Source: Methanofastidiosum sp. (GTDB taxonomy: Archaea > Methanobacteriota_B > Thermococci > Methanofastidiosales > Methanofastidiosaceae). From it: a stretch of 64,000 nt of DNA. A model generated the notes under the pieces. That model ran no database searches. It saw nothing but the letters and a program-made list of their open reading frames with translations, and was not told where the DNA came from. A program made the position numbers and the translations under genes. The DNA lies in assembly GCA_013178285.1 (NCBI GenBank), contig JABLXD010000002.1, forward strand, positions 66,122-130,121, given 5' to 3'. Numbering within the stretch: position 1 is the stretch's first letter; each line of letters begins with the position of its first letter. This document shows, piece after piece, positions 49,043 through 59,227 of this stretch.

Positions 49043-49810
49043 ATGTTATACCTTGTAGGCCTTGGGCTCACAGAAAAAGACCTTTCTTTGAAAGCTTTTG
49101 AATTGTTAAATAAAGTCAATAATATTTATGTAGACACGTATACTAACTATTTTGATTTTGACCTTCTCTGGCTTGAAAAAGCTCTAGGTAAAAAGGTGAA
49201 TTCCCTCTCCAGAGAGGATATAGAAAAAAATCCAGAGTTTTTAGATATTGCGAAAAATGATGATGTGGCACTTCTTGTATCTGGAGACCCGCTAGTTGCA
49301 ACAACTCATACGGATATCTTATTAAGAGCTATTAAAAAAGGTGTAAAAACAAAAGTATTTCATGCTTCATCTATCTATTCAGCAATTGCTGAGACTGGCC
49401 TTCATATTTATAGATTTGGAAAAACTGCTAGTATTCCCTATCCTGAAGAAAATTTCTTCCCAAGAAGCTTTTATGATGTCACAGTTGAAAATAAACAAAG
49501 AAATCTCCATACAATGTTGTTACTTGATGTAAAAAAGGAAAAAAATCTCTTTATGAATCCTAAAGAGGCCATGGACATCTTAAAAAAAATTGATGATGAA
49601 AAAAATATTGGAGATATTATTGTAATTTCAAGGATTAGCCATGAAAGTCAGAGAATGATATACGGAGATATAGATGAGTTGATCAAATTTGATAAAGATT
49701 TCTATGGCCCACCGCCACATACACTCGTTATTCCTGCAGAGTTGCACTTTGCAGAGGAAGAATATCTCCTAAGTATTGCAGAAATACATAAAAACAGTAA
49801 AAGTAAATAA
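49043..49810 (+). CDS. dph5: Diphthine synthase
   Basis: 255 aa; tetrapyrrole-methylase fold N-terminus MLYLVGLGL, VSGDPL. Confidence 0.85.
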   Translation: MLYLVGLGLTEKDLSLKAFELLNKVNNIYVDTYTNYFDFDLLWLEKALGKKVNSLSREDIEKNPEFLDIAKNDDVALLVSGDPLVATTHTDILLRAIKKGVKTKVFHASSIYSAIAETGLHIYRFGKTASIPYPEENFFPRSFYDVTVENKQRNLHTMLLLDVKKEKNLFMNPKEAMDILKKIDDEKNIGDIIVISRISHESQRMIYGDIDELIKFDKDFYGPPPHTLVIPAELHFAEEEYLLSIAEIHKNSKSK

Positions 49811-49849
49811 AAAATATTACGATAATAGAATAGCCCTGGTGTTATTATT

Positions 49850-52654
49850 ATGCCATTTGAAAACAAAAAAATAGATGAATTGGCTGAAAAAATATCAGAA
49901 GTTGAAACATCTAACGAAGAGAGAATCTTAGAAGTATCAAAGTTACTTGATGGATATAAAGAGTTTCTCGACAGATTAAAATCACATAATATTGAAGCTA
50001 TAAAGCAGTGGGAAATTGAAAACTTTGAAGAAAAGCTTCAACAGATTAGGGAAAATGTTGATACTGTTACTGGCAAAGAAAGTACCGAATTAGAAGAGCA
50101 AAAAATCTATGACGATATTGACGAATTAAAAGTAATTGTCTGGGATATCCAGAAAAAGATTGACTCAAATTTATTAGAGCTTAAATACAGAATTGATCAA
50201 ACTGAAAAGGAGCAGGAGCTTACACTTCTTAATTTCTTAAGAAAGGTAAAAAATAAAGATGAGATTTTTACAGAAGATTACATTCTTAATAATTATACAG
50301 AAGTGCTCGAGATATTCTCTCTTCTTGATGTAGAGAATAAAAAACTTCCAAAGAATATATCCCCTGAAATAGAGGGAGAGATACAAAAATATTTATCAAA
50401 TATTGAAGACAAAATTGAAAAAACTGAAAATGTCTTAAAAAAAGATTACGAGCTTTTCTTAAAGGAAATTGAAGAAAAAAGCAAGTATTTGAACGATCAA
50501 TATATTTCAGAAAATTTTGATGAAACTAGGGATATTTATGCTTCTTTAATTGAAAAGAAGAGGCAACTTAAGGGTGGAAGGGCCACACTTATTGACAATA
50601 ATCTTAAAATTTTAAATCAGAGAATAAAAGAGATTGAAGATCGAAAAAGAATGGATCTCTTAACCATCCTTGATGAAGTTGAAAAATTCCTCCCTATTTT
50701 TACAGAACAGTATATCTTAGACAATCCCCTTGATTCAAGAGCTGTCTATGAGAAATATAGTAAAATAAGGCCTACTTTGAATGGAAATATCGATTCTAAA
50801 ATTGAAGATAGGGTAGGTAACTTAATTGATACACTAATTTCTAAAATAGAAAATGTTGAAAAGAGAGAGATTGAAAATCTAGCTTTTGTCTATGATAGAA
50901 CTGGGAGGGCTCTTGAAAAATATACGGAAGATTACATTGCAGGAAATCTATCGGAGGCAGAGAGAACTTATGTTGCATTAAGTAGAGATATGCAAAGACT
51001 GTACCCCAGATTTTCTAGTGAACTAAGCAAAAACATAGAGAGGAATCTTAATGATCTCTTCTTAAGAGTAAAAAGTGTTGAAGCAATTAAGAAAAGGGAA
51101 TTAGAAAACTTTTTAGAGAATTCATACAAAGCTTTAGAAGAATTTGACTATTCTAAAATTAATACTGATTTAGAGTCTGCAAGACAAATGTACCATAAAC
51201 TTCTAGAAGAGAAAAAGAAATTGCCTGCAGATTTAGAAATAGTAATTGAAAGTAATCTATCAGAAATTCAGGAGAAGGTAATCAAAACTGAAGAGGCCAA
51301 GATTAAAATATTAGAGGATTTTCTGGAAAAGACAATTGACATACTAGAGAAGTATCCTAAAGAACATATTGATGCAAACATAAAGGAAGCAGTTGTTCTT
51401 TATAACAGCCTTAGAAGAGAGCAAAAAAATCTCCCTGTTGGAATTGATTATGAACTTGAAAAGGCAATTAATGTTAATCTTAACGCCTTTGATAACAGGA
51501 TAAAAGAGATTGAAGATGGCAAGAAAGGATATGTTGATGAATTTATCGATTACCTAAACAAAAAAATTGGCGACTTCACTGAAGATAATATATTGAACAA
51601 TATAGTTAAAGCAAAAGAAGATTTCCAAAAACTTTTGAAGGAAAAAGATGACATAATCGTATTTGCAAATTCAGAACAAGAAATAGAGATTGAAAGAAGA
51701 ATAGAAAAAATAAGTGCTAAACTAAAGGATGTCCAGGAAGATGAGCTCCAAAAGATTGATATTCTTTTAAGAAGGGCACAAACTTTTGATATTAAATTTG
51801 ATCAGGGTTACATTAACTCAAATTTATTTGAGGTACGTGACCTTTACAGGGACTTAATGAAGACAAGGAATGAGATTCTATCTATAATTGCTGAAGACAA
51901 AAGAGACGAAATCGATGAAATACTTGGAAGGCTAAAGAAAAGGGTAGAGCATGCGGAAATTGTTAAAGAAGAGGAGCTCCAATACTTTATTAGAAAAATC
52001 AAGGGATTATTGGAAAAATTCAGTTTCGCTCAAGTTCTAAGGAGCCCGGCGGAAGCTAAAGACGAGTATCAAACGCTTATTAGAGAAAAACAGGGACTTT
52101 TGATGGAATACGATGAACAGCTTAGGCTTGAAATTGAAGCTTTGATGTCCGAATTTAGCAATAGAATAAAAGATGCTGAAAAAGAGATAGTTCAGAGCAA
52201 AATTGATAAGATTGTCAATCAAATTGGAGGATTTATAACAAGATACTCTTATGTCGAGCCTTCAGACAAAGCTCTTGTTATGGATATGATAGGCGAATAC
52301 AAAAATATAGTTGCTAGCTATAAGCAGTTTGAAAACGAATTAGACATGAAGTCCCAAGAACTTCTAAAGGAAAGGATACAGCAATGCCAGAATCTTATAA
52401 AACAGATCGACTACGAAATACAGTACGAACGAGACATCATGGAAATAAAGGAAGGCTGCACTGAATTTATAAAGATGTACAGGGACCGAGAAGTCCTCTT
52501 ATCAAAGATCTGGGAAGCCCAAAACAAGTATAATGCGCTGCTTCAAAAATTTGAAAGTATTCCATTCCACAAAGATTCTGCTACAGAGCATGAGATAGTA
52601 AAGAAGTTACAGATCTGTTACGGACTAATCGACAAATCCTTTAAGGGGCTTTAA
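49850..52654 (+). CDS. Acidic tandem-repeat coiled-coil protein (about ten ~65-70 aa repeats)
   Basis: 934 aa; recurring T(E)DYILNN / EQYILDN / EDYIAGN / QGYINSN ... Y..L..EKK.LP motif; no NTP-binding motifs, no signal peptide. Confidence 0.6.
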   Translation: MPFENKKIDELAEKISEVETSNEERILEVSKLLDGYKEFLDRLKSHNIEAIKQWEIENFEEKLQQIRENVDTVTGKESTELEEQKIYDDIDELKVIVWDIQKKIDSNLLELKYRIDQTEKEQELTLLNFLRKVKNKDEIFTEDYILNNYTEVLEIFSLLDVENKKLPKNISPEIEGEIQKYLSNIEDKIEKTENVLKKDYELFLKEIEEKSKYLNDQYISENFDETRDIYASLIEKKRQLKGGRATLIDNNLKILNQRIKEIEDRKRMDLLTILDEVEKFLPIFTEQYILDNPLDSRAVYEKYSKIRPTLNGNIDSKIEDRVGNLIDTLISKIENVEKREIENLAFVYDRTGRALEKYTEDYIAGNLSEAERTYVALSRDMQRLYPRFSSELSKNIERNLNDLFLRVKSVEAIKKRELENFLENSYKALEEFDYSKINTDLESARQMYHKLLEEKKKLPADLEIVIESNLSEIQEKVIKTEEAKIKILEDFLEKTIDILEKYPKEHIDANIKEAVVLYNSLRREQKNLPVGIDYELEKAINVNLNAFDNRIKEIEDGKKGYVDEFIDYLNKKIGDFTEDNILNNIVKAKEDFQKLLKEKDDIIVFANSEQEIEIERRIEKISAKLKDVQEDELQKIDILLRRAQTFDIKFDQGYINSNLFEVRDLYRDLMKTRNEILSIIAEDKRDEIDEILGRLKKRVEHAEIVKEEELQYFIRKIKGLLEKFSFAQVLRSPAEAKDEYQTLIREKQGLLMEYDEQLRLEIEALMSEFSNRIKDAEKEIVQSKIDKIVNQIGGFITRYSYVEPSDKALVMDMIGEYKNIVASYKQFENELDMKSQELLKERIQQCQNLIKQIDYEIQYERDIMEIKEGCTEFIKMYRDREVLLSKIWEAQNKYNALLQKFESIPFHKDSATEHEIVKKLQICYGLIDKSFKGL

Positions 52655-52669
52655 GAGTTAAAGATCTAC

Positions 52670-53872
52670 ATGATACTAAAAACTTCTAAGGAGATATTAG
52701 AGAAGTATGTTCTTTGTAATAATTGCCTTGGAAGGCAGTTCGGGAAAATTTCAATATCTACAAATCAGAGAAGAGGGGAAGTAATAAGAAATCTATTAAA
52801 ATCAATATATCCTGAATTATCTTCCGAGCTTAAACAAGAAAGGCCCTGTTTTCTTTGTGGCAATATTTTTGAAAGAACTGAAGAGGTAGTAAGAAATATC
52901 TCTCCGGATTTTGAATTTTTCACTTTTCATGCAGGTACAAAAATACCGGAAGATATACTCAAAAACGAGGAAATGCTAAAAGAAAAATACTCACTCCAGT
53001 ATCAAGAAAGTATCAAACAAGAGCTTAACAGAGAACTTGGGAAGAAAATTGGATCAATGATTGGAAAGGAATTCAAAAGAGAAAAGGAAGATGTAACCAT
53101 ACTTATTCACCCTTATGAATCAAAAATAGAGTATGTTATTAACCCATTATTTATTTACGGCCGATATAATAAGCTAGTCAGAGGTATCCCCCAGACTAAA
53201 TGGTTATGCAGAAGATGTAAAGGAAAGGGATGTTCAAGGTGTGGCAATACGGGAAAAATGTACGAGGAAAGCGTTGAAGAGTTAATATCCTGGTTATTCT
53301 TAAAAGAAGCTAAAGGTGCTGATTCTTCTTTTCATGGTGCAGGTAGAGAAGATATTGATGTTCTAATGCTTGGTAATGGTAGGCCTTTTGTTTTAGAAAT
53401 AAAGTCCCCAAAGATTAGAAATATTGATCTTCAAAAGCTTGAAAAGGAAGTAAATCAACAAAACGAGGAAAGAGTAAAAATTTCTGACCTTTGCTTTGTT
53501 GAAAAAGAGGTAGTTGAAAAAATTAAGAATACTCATCTAAGAAAAACCTATCTGGCAGAGATAGATGCATGCTTAACTGAGGAAGAAAAGAGAAAAATAG
53601 AGGAGTTTTTCGTAGATAGAGACATATATCAAGAGACCCCAAACAGAGTTGTACATAGAAGAGCTGATAAAACAAGAATTAGAAAGGTTTATAAAGTTCG
53701 TACCTCTAAGGAAAATTGCTCGTCACTAGAGATATACTGTGATGGTGGACTTTATATAAAGGAACTTATCTCTGGAGATGAGGAGAGAACAAATCCCAGT
53801 ATTGCAGAATTATTGGGTAAGAGTATAAAGTGCGTATTGCTAAATGTAATTAGTATTGAAGAGAAGGTGTAA
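52670..53872 (+). CDS. pus10: tRNA pseudouridine synthase Pus10
   Basis: 400 aa; N-terminal Zn-ribbon/THUMP region, [39 protein letters not shown] catalytic Asp region. Confidence 0.8.
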   Translation: MILKTSKEILEKYVLCNNCLGRQFGKISISTNQRRGEVIRNLLKSIYPELSSELKQERPCFLCGNIFERTEEVVRNISPDFEFFTFHAGTKIPEDILKNEEMLKEKYSLQYQESIKQELNRELGKKIGSMIGKEFKREKEDVTILIHPYESKIEYVINPLFIYGRYNKLVRGIPQTKWLCRRCKGKGCSRCGNTGKMYEESVEELISWLFLKEAKGADSSFHGAGREDIDVLMLGNGRPFVLEIKSPKIRNIDLQKLEKEVNQQNEERVKISDLCFVEKEVVEKIKNTHLRKTYLAEIDACLTEEEKRKIEEFFVDRDIYQETPNRVVHRRADKTRIRKVYKVRTSKENCSSLEIYCDGGLYIKELISGDEERTNPSIAELLGKSIKCVLLNVISIEEKV

Positions 53873-53874
53873 TA

Positions 53875-54171
53875 ATGGCTAGAAAATCTCATGGATTCAG
53901 GATCAAGACAAGAGGTAAACTAACAAAAGATGTGAGAACAAGGGGAAAAGTTCCAGTATCAAGAATCCTTCAGGAATTTGATGTAGGAGACTCCGTACAC
54001 ATTATTTTAGAACCATCTGTCCACAAAGGTATGCCCTTCCCAAGATTTCACGGAAGAACAGGCAAGGTAGTTGGAAAGAGGGGTTCAGCTTATCTACTTT
54101 CTATAATGGATGGAAATAAAGAAAAAACCATTATTTCAAGACCTGAACATATGAAAAAGCAGGTTTTTTAA
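53875..54171 (+). CDS. rpl21e: Ribosomal protein L21e
   Basis: 98 aa; [17 protein letters not shown]-terminus. Confidence 0.9.
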   Translation: MARKSHGFRIKTRGKLTKDVRTRGKVPVSRILQEFDVGDSVHIILEPSVHKGMPFPRFHGRTGKVVGKRGSAYLLSIMDGNKEKTIISRPEHMKKQVF

Positions 54172-54186
54172 GAAAGAGGTTCTTTC

Positions 54187-54528
54187 ATGATAGGAAAGGA
54201 AATAATCTCTGAGGACATCGTTCCAATAACAAAGGTAAAAGAGATACTTTCCAGTAGAGCTGAAAAAATCGAATTGGGATATGAACAGGGAATCTCACTA
54301 GATTATACAAATAAATTCAGTAAAATGGAAATTGAGGATATAGAAAAAGCTAATGCAGAACTAATTGAAAAAGTTCCAAGATTAAAAAAGGAAAATATAA
54401 TCAAAATAGTAGATATTGTTCCAGAAGACAAGAAAGACATTGAAGTACTATTCTCAAAAGAAAGACTAATATTGGATGATGCAGAAATAACTGCCATATT
54501 AGAAATTATGGCAAAATATAAAAAATAA
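54187..54528 (+). CDS. rpoF: DNA-directed RNA polymerase subunit F (Rpo4)
   Basis: 113 aa; conserved position between rpl21e and DUF655/ksgA; Rpo4-like helical sequence. Confidence 0.7.
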   Translation: MIGKEIISEDIVPITKVKEILSSRAEKIELGYEQGISLDYTNKFSKMEIEDIEKANAELIEKVPRLKKENIIKIVDIVPEDKKDIEVLFSKERLILDDAEITAILEIMAKYKK

Positions 54529-55116
54529 GTGAAAGTTATGATGATGAGAACTGGAGTTTTTGAAGAGTATGGGATAGTTCTGGATTACCTACCGCAAGGT
54601 CTTCCAGGAGAGAATCTCCCACCTCATAAAAGAACGCCCATTGCACATATAATGGGTGAAACTTATTTCTCTTTATTAGAGGTAGTTCCATCAACTGATC
54701 TTTCGATGTATGAAAGAGTTTTCATTGGAAAGGGAAAAAGGGACAAAATAGCTCGAGTAAAAAAAAGACTACGCTATAGCGAGCTAAGTGCAACTGCAAA
54801 GGGCGAATTAAAATTCATTGTTGAAAAGATAGTATCAGAAAATGAACAAAAATTTGTTGAGTTTTTCAATACTTCTGGCCCCATATCAATCAGATACCAC
54901 AAGCTTGAACTTTTACCTGGTCTAGGAAAGAAACTAATGAATGAGATCCTAGATGAAAGGAAAAAAGGACCCTTCACATCATTTAATGATATAAAAGATA
55001 GAGTTCCATCTATACCTGATCCAAAAAAGATGATTATAAATAGGATACTTAACGAGATGCAAGAAGTTGACAGATATTCTATTTTTGTAAGCAGACCGCC
55101 CAAAGAGATGGAATGA
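54529..55116 (+). CDS. DUF655-family putative RNA-binding protein
   Basis: 195 aa; conserved archaeal synteny rpl21e-rpoF-DUF655-ksgA. Confidence 0.6.
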   Translation: MKVMMMRTGVFEEYGIVLDYLPQGLPGENLPPHKRTPIAHIMGETYFSLLEVVPSTDLSMYERVFIGKGKRDKIARVKKRLRYSELSATAKGELKFIVEKIVSENEQKFVEFFNTSGPISIRYHKLELLPGLGKKLMNEILDERKKGPFTSFNDIKDRVPSIPDPKKMIINRILNEMQEVDRYSIFVSRPPKEME

Positions 55117-55904
55117 TATCAAACAAACTTTTTTATCTTTTGAATAAATATAACATTAGGCCGTCCAAAAGATATTCTCAAAATTTTCTTATTTCTGATG
55201 AAGTTCTAAGATTCATGGCTTCTTATGGCAAGGGAAAAGTCCTTGAAATAGGGCCGGGACTTGGATTTCTTACTGAAAAACTATCTAAAGTATGTGACAA
55301 AGTTATTGCTGTTGAAAAGGACAAAAATCTTGTTAATATTCTAAAACAAGAATATGATTTTGACAATGTCGAAATAGTAAATGACGACTTTCTAAAGTTT
55401 GAAGAAAAAAATTTTGATACTGTTGTATCAAGCATTCCATACGCAATATCTTCTGAGATAACATTCAAACTATTCCAAATGAACTTTGAAGCTGCAACCT
55501 TGTTGTATCAAAAAGAATTTGCAATGAGATTTATTTCAAAGCCAGGAGCAGATGATTATTCTAGGCTATCAGTCATGTCTAAGATCTATTCAGAGATAGA
55601 GCTCTTAAGAGATGTCCCGCCTTCTGCTTTTTATCCTGAGCCCAAAATATGGTCATCGATAGCCCACATAAAACTGGATAAAAAATTTGAAGTCAATCAA
55701 GTGTTTGAAGATACAGTTAGAGGACTCTTCACACACAGGAATAAAATTGTCCACAAAGCAATATACCATTCACGGGATATATTTGGAAAAAGTAAAGAAT
55801 TCAAGCAGTCACTCGACAAAATCCCTTATAAGGATAGAAGAGTATATACACTAGATATCTTTGAGATAAAAGAGATAAGTGATTGGCTTGAAGGGATACT
55901 ATGA
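55113..55904 (+). CDS. ksgA: 16S rRNA (adenine1518/1519-N6) dimethyltransferase
   Basis: 263 aa; YSQNFL, EIGPGLGFLT SAM-binding motifs. Confidence 0.9.
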   Translation: MISNKLFYLLNKYNIRPSKRYSQNFLISDEVLRFMASYGKGKVLEIGPGLGFLTEKLSKVCDKVIAVEKDKNLVNILKQEYDFDNVEIVNDDFLKFEEKNFDTVVSSIPYAISSEITFKLFQMNFEAATLLYQKEFAMRFISKPGADDYSRLSVMSKIYSEIELLRDVPPSAFYPEPKIWSSIAHIKLDKKFEVNQVFEDTVRGLFTHRNKIVHKAIYHSRDIFGKSKEFKQSLDKIPYKDRRVYTLDIFEIKEISDWLEGIL

Positions 55905-56854
55905 TTTTTTTTGATGATTTTCATAAAGAAATTAATCTCGTACTTACTGATGTTTATTCTTTTATAGGCAGTCTTGAGAAACCAATTTCAGATCTAGGGA
56001 TTTCTTTCCTTGATAAATTTAAAGTTTCTATGAAGGGATTCAATACCTTTCTTCTCTTCCCCTACTGGCTATCAGAAGGCTTTGATATTCCCGATAAAGA
56101 AGACATTTCTAGAAAACTTTCTAACCTTGATGTTTATGGTATAATGCATTTGCGGATTATTGATGACATAATTGATAATCCTGAAAAAATAGATAGAAAC
56201 TTACTTCTTTTATCTAATATCTCTGAATTCAAAATGTATGAAATATGCTTTAAGTTGATAGGTAGAAATGAAAATTTTTTCAAAGACTTAGAGGATACCC
56301 TTACACATTTTTCAAACGCCGTTCTTTTTGAGAAGGAACACTATACCTATAAAGGCCATTTAACAGAAGAAATGAAAAACTTCAATTATGAACTTATGGC
56401 AAGGAAAGCCTTTCATTTGAGGATCCCTATCTTGTCTTATTTATATCTTGAAGAATCAAATGAAAGGAAAAGAAATGATTTTTTTTCAATGATGGAATAT
56501 TGGGGAACTTCAATGCAACTTTTTAATGATGTTCTTGGGTGGAAAGACGATTTCACATCTTCCCAAATGACATACCCCTTGGTAAAGGCCATAGGATATC
56601 TTGAAGATGAAAATTTAGTGGATAATGGAAAAGCGGATTTTATGGACATCGCTGCTGCATTTATTGAAACTGATATTTTAGAAAATACACTAGATTTATC
56701 TCTAAACTATCAAAAAAGGGCAATTGAGTCTATAAAATCTTATAATCTATTCTACTTAAATAAGTTTTTTGAGGATTCGTCAGATAAAATATCATCAAGT
56801 ATTGACAAATTTAAAAATAAGAGAGAAAGTGTATTGAAAGACATAATAAATTGA
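55901..56854 (+). CDS. All-alpha isoprenoid-synthase-like protein (divergent Asp-rich motifs)
   Basis: 317 aa; LRIIDDIIDN (DDxxD-like) and a second FNDVLGWKDDF segment; otherwise unassigned. Confidence 0.4.
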   Translation: MIFFDDFHKEINLVLTDVYSFIGSLEKPISDLGISFLDKFKVSMKGFNTFLLFPYWLSEGFDIPDKEDISRKLSNLDVYGIMHLRIIDDIIDNPEKIDRNLLLLSNISEFKMYEICFKLIGRNENFFKDLEDTLTHFSNAVLFEKEHYTYKGHLTEEMKNFNYELMARKAFHLRIPILSYLYLEESNERKRNDFFSMMEYWGTSMQLFNDVLGWKDDFTSSQMTYPLVKAIGYLEDENLVDNGKADFMDIAAAFIETDILENTLDLSLNYQKRAIESIKSYNLFYLNKFFEDSSDKISSSIDKFKNKRESVLKDIIN

Positions 56855-57071
56855 GAAATTCGCAATTATATTTAGTTAAATTTATAAATTAATCTATAAA
56901 AAAGGTAATTTGTAGGTGATTTTATGGATAAAACTACACATGAAATAATTAAAATGCATTTAAAAGAAAATGAAGGAACTGGAACAGTCTATGTATCAGC
57001 TCCAGTTTTATGGATGGATGCACCAGTGAAATATTACTTTTGGATGACCGAATAAAGTAGAATAGATCCCT

Positions 57072-58886
57072 ATGAATTACATAATTATTTTCTCTTTTTT
57101 ATTTAATATTTTATTAGGTATATATGCACTTAAATCAAATTATAAAAATAAAATTAATATTTTATTCTCATTATTAGCTTTTTTTAATTCAGGCATAATT
57201 ATTACAAATTATTTAGTGCAGATCAGAGGATTCCCCCTTCTATGGGGGAAACTAAATATTTTCTTTGTATTATGGATTCCGCCTTTATTTATATGGTGGT
57301 GTTCTCAAATCTCAAAAAAGAAATTAGTTCTTCGAGATATCTATTGGATATTCCCTAGCGTAATATTCTCTCTTTCTTTGTTAACGGATTTATTGTTAAA
57401 AGATTTTTCTCTAATGGAGTTAGGCTATGTTGAAGTTTTCGGACCTCTTTTTGGTATTTTTTATGGATATTATGTATTAAGTTTATTATATGGTCTAATT
57501 TTACTTTTATTATCCTATAAGAATACTTCCTCCACAATTGAAAAGAAAAAAAATATAATAGCTTTTGTTGGAGCTCTAATACCTATTGCAACAAGTATAG
57601 TTACAAATACATATTTTAGAATTTTTGGGGTCAAACCAGAATTTATGAGTAACGTCATTGTTCTTCCAATAACTAATTCTTTAATGATGCTTTTATTTGC
57701 TTATGCAGTTTTGAAATACGGCTTCCTAAAACCAGAAATAAGTATCAAAGAAAAATTAGACTCCCTACGTATTAAAATATTATACATTACAAATATAATC
57801 ATTATTGGACTTGGTATTATCGTCACAATAATATTTATCAGTTCTAATTATCCTGTAGATACAACTATAATTGAAACTTTTTTTGTTACAGTTATTGTAA
57901 TGATTTTAATAGATTTAGGAATTAATTATACCTTATCTAAGTATATTCATGAAAAAATTGTGGCACCTATAGAAAAAATATCTCGTCAGGCAGGGGAAGT
58001 AGGTAAAGGAAACTTTAATTTAAAAGTTGGATTTGAAGGAGAAGATGAAATAGCCATTCTTTCAAGGCAAATGGATGAAATGACTGATAAATTGAAGTAT
58101 ACTTCTCAAATAAGAGAGAACTTCAATAAAGCCCTACAAGTAGAGGTCAATAATAAAACTCAGAAACTTCAAGATGCCTATGATGCCTTAAGGGAATCAG
58201 ACAAGGCGAAAAAAGATTTTATTGATGCAATATCTCACGAGATTTATAATCCTCTTGCAATTATTAGTGTAAGTAACGAATTCATCAATTTGGACAAAAT
58301 TGATCGAGAAAATAGAAAATATATATCTTCTATCCAAAGAAATGTATTAAGATTGATTTCTTTAGTTAGGGAAATTGAAGAGTTTAATCTTATTGGTAAA
58401 GATTCACAAAAACTAAATATCCAAAAATTTGATCTTAAAGAACTTATAGAGTCTATATCTCAAGATTTTACTTTGATTGCAAATAAAAGAAAAATAGATG
58501 TGCAGGTAATCCCAAATGGACATGATTTCTATGTAGAAGGAGATAAAGAAAATCTTACTAAAGTCTTTAGCAATCTTATTGAAAATGCCGTTAATTTCTC
58601 CAATGAAGGTGACAGAATTACAATAAAAATAGAAGAACAAGATGGTACATTAAAAGTTGAAATTAAAGATAGAGGAATTGGAATTAAACATGAAGATCTA
58701 GAGAATATTTTTAAAAAGTTTTACAGAGCTAAAGTAGATGATGAGTTAAAACAAGGTATTGGTCTTGGCCTCCCAATATCCTTAGACATAGTAAATAAAC
58801 ATAACGGATCAATAAAAGTTGAATCTGAATACGGCAAAGGTAGTAAGTTTACAGTTATACTCCCAAGAAAGCATGTGATTTTATGA
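57072..58886 (+). CDS. Membrane sensor histidine kinase
   Basis: 604 aa; ~8 N-terminal TM helices, coiled-coil linker, H-box ISHEIYNPL, HATPase_c N/G boxes (NLIENAVNFS; GIGLGL). Confidence 0.8.
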   Translation: MNYIIIFSFLFNILLGIYALKSNYKNKINILFSLLAFFNSGIIITNYLVQIRGFPLLWGKLNIFFVLWIPPLFIWWCSQISKKKLVLRDIYWIFPSVIFSLSLLTDLLLKDFSLMELGYVEVFGPLFGIFYGYYVLSLLYGLILLLLSYKNTSSTIEKKKNIIAFVGALIPIATSIVTNTYFRIFGVKPEFMSNVIVLPITNSLMMLLFAYAVLKYGFLKPEISIKEKLDSLRIKILYITNIIIIGLGIIVTIIFISSNYPVDTTIIETFFVTVIVMILIDLGINYTLSKYIHEKIVAPIEKISRQAGEVGKGNFNLKVGFEGEDEIAILSRQMDEMTDKLKYTSQIRENFNKALQVEVNNKTQKLQDAYDALRESDKAKKDFIDAISHEIYNPLAIISVSNEFINLDKIDRENRKYISSIQRNVLRLISLVREIEEFNLIGKDSQKLNIQKFDLKELIESISQDFTLIANKRKIDVQVIPNGHDFYVEGDKENLTKVFSNLIENAVNFSNEGDRITIKIEEQDGTLKVEIKDRGIGIKHEDLENIFKKFYRAKVDDELKQGIGLGLPISLDIVNKHNGSIKVESEYGKGSKFTVILPRKHVIL

Positions 58887-59227
58887 TTTATCATAAAAAT
58901 ATTACAGAAATAAAAGAAAATAGAATTGAAACCGATAATGCAAAAGGTGTTTCAATAACAACTTTAGTAGGTGAGGATCAAGGGGCTAAGAATTTCTTTA
59001 TGAGAATCATGAAGATTGAAAAAGAAGGATTTTCACCATACCACAGACATGAATGGGAACATGAAAACTTTATATTGAAAGGTGAAGGATTTTTAAAGAC
59101 TGAGAAAGGCAAAAGCCCTGCAAAAAAAGGAGATGTTATCTACATCCCACCCAATGAACTACACAGCTATATAAATACTGGAAATGAAGATTTAGAAGTA
59201 ATGTGCATTATCCCTTCAATGTTTTAA
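58883..59227 (+). CDS. Cupin-domain protein
   Basis: 114 aa; HRHEWEHENF...GDVIYIPPNELH two-motif cupin pattern; ATGA overlap with kinase stop. Confidence 0.7.
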   Translation: MIYHKNITEIKENRIETDNAKGVSITTLVGEDQGAKNFFMRIMKIEKEGFSPYHRHEWEHENFILKGEGFLKTEKGKSPAKKGDVIYIPPNELHSYINTGNEDLEVMCIIPSMF

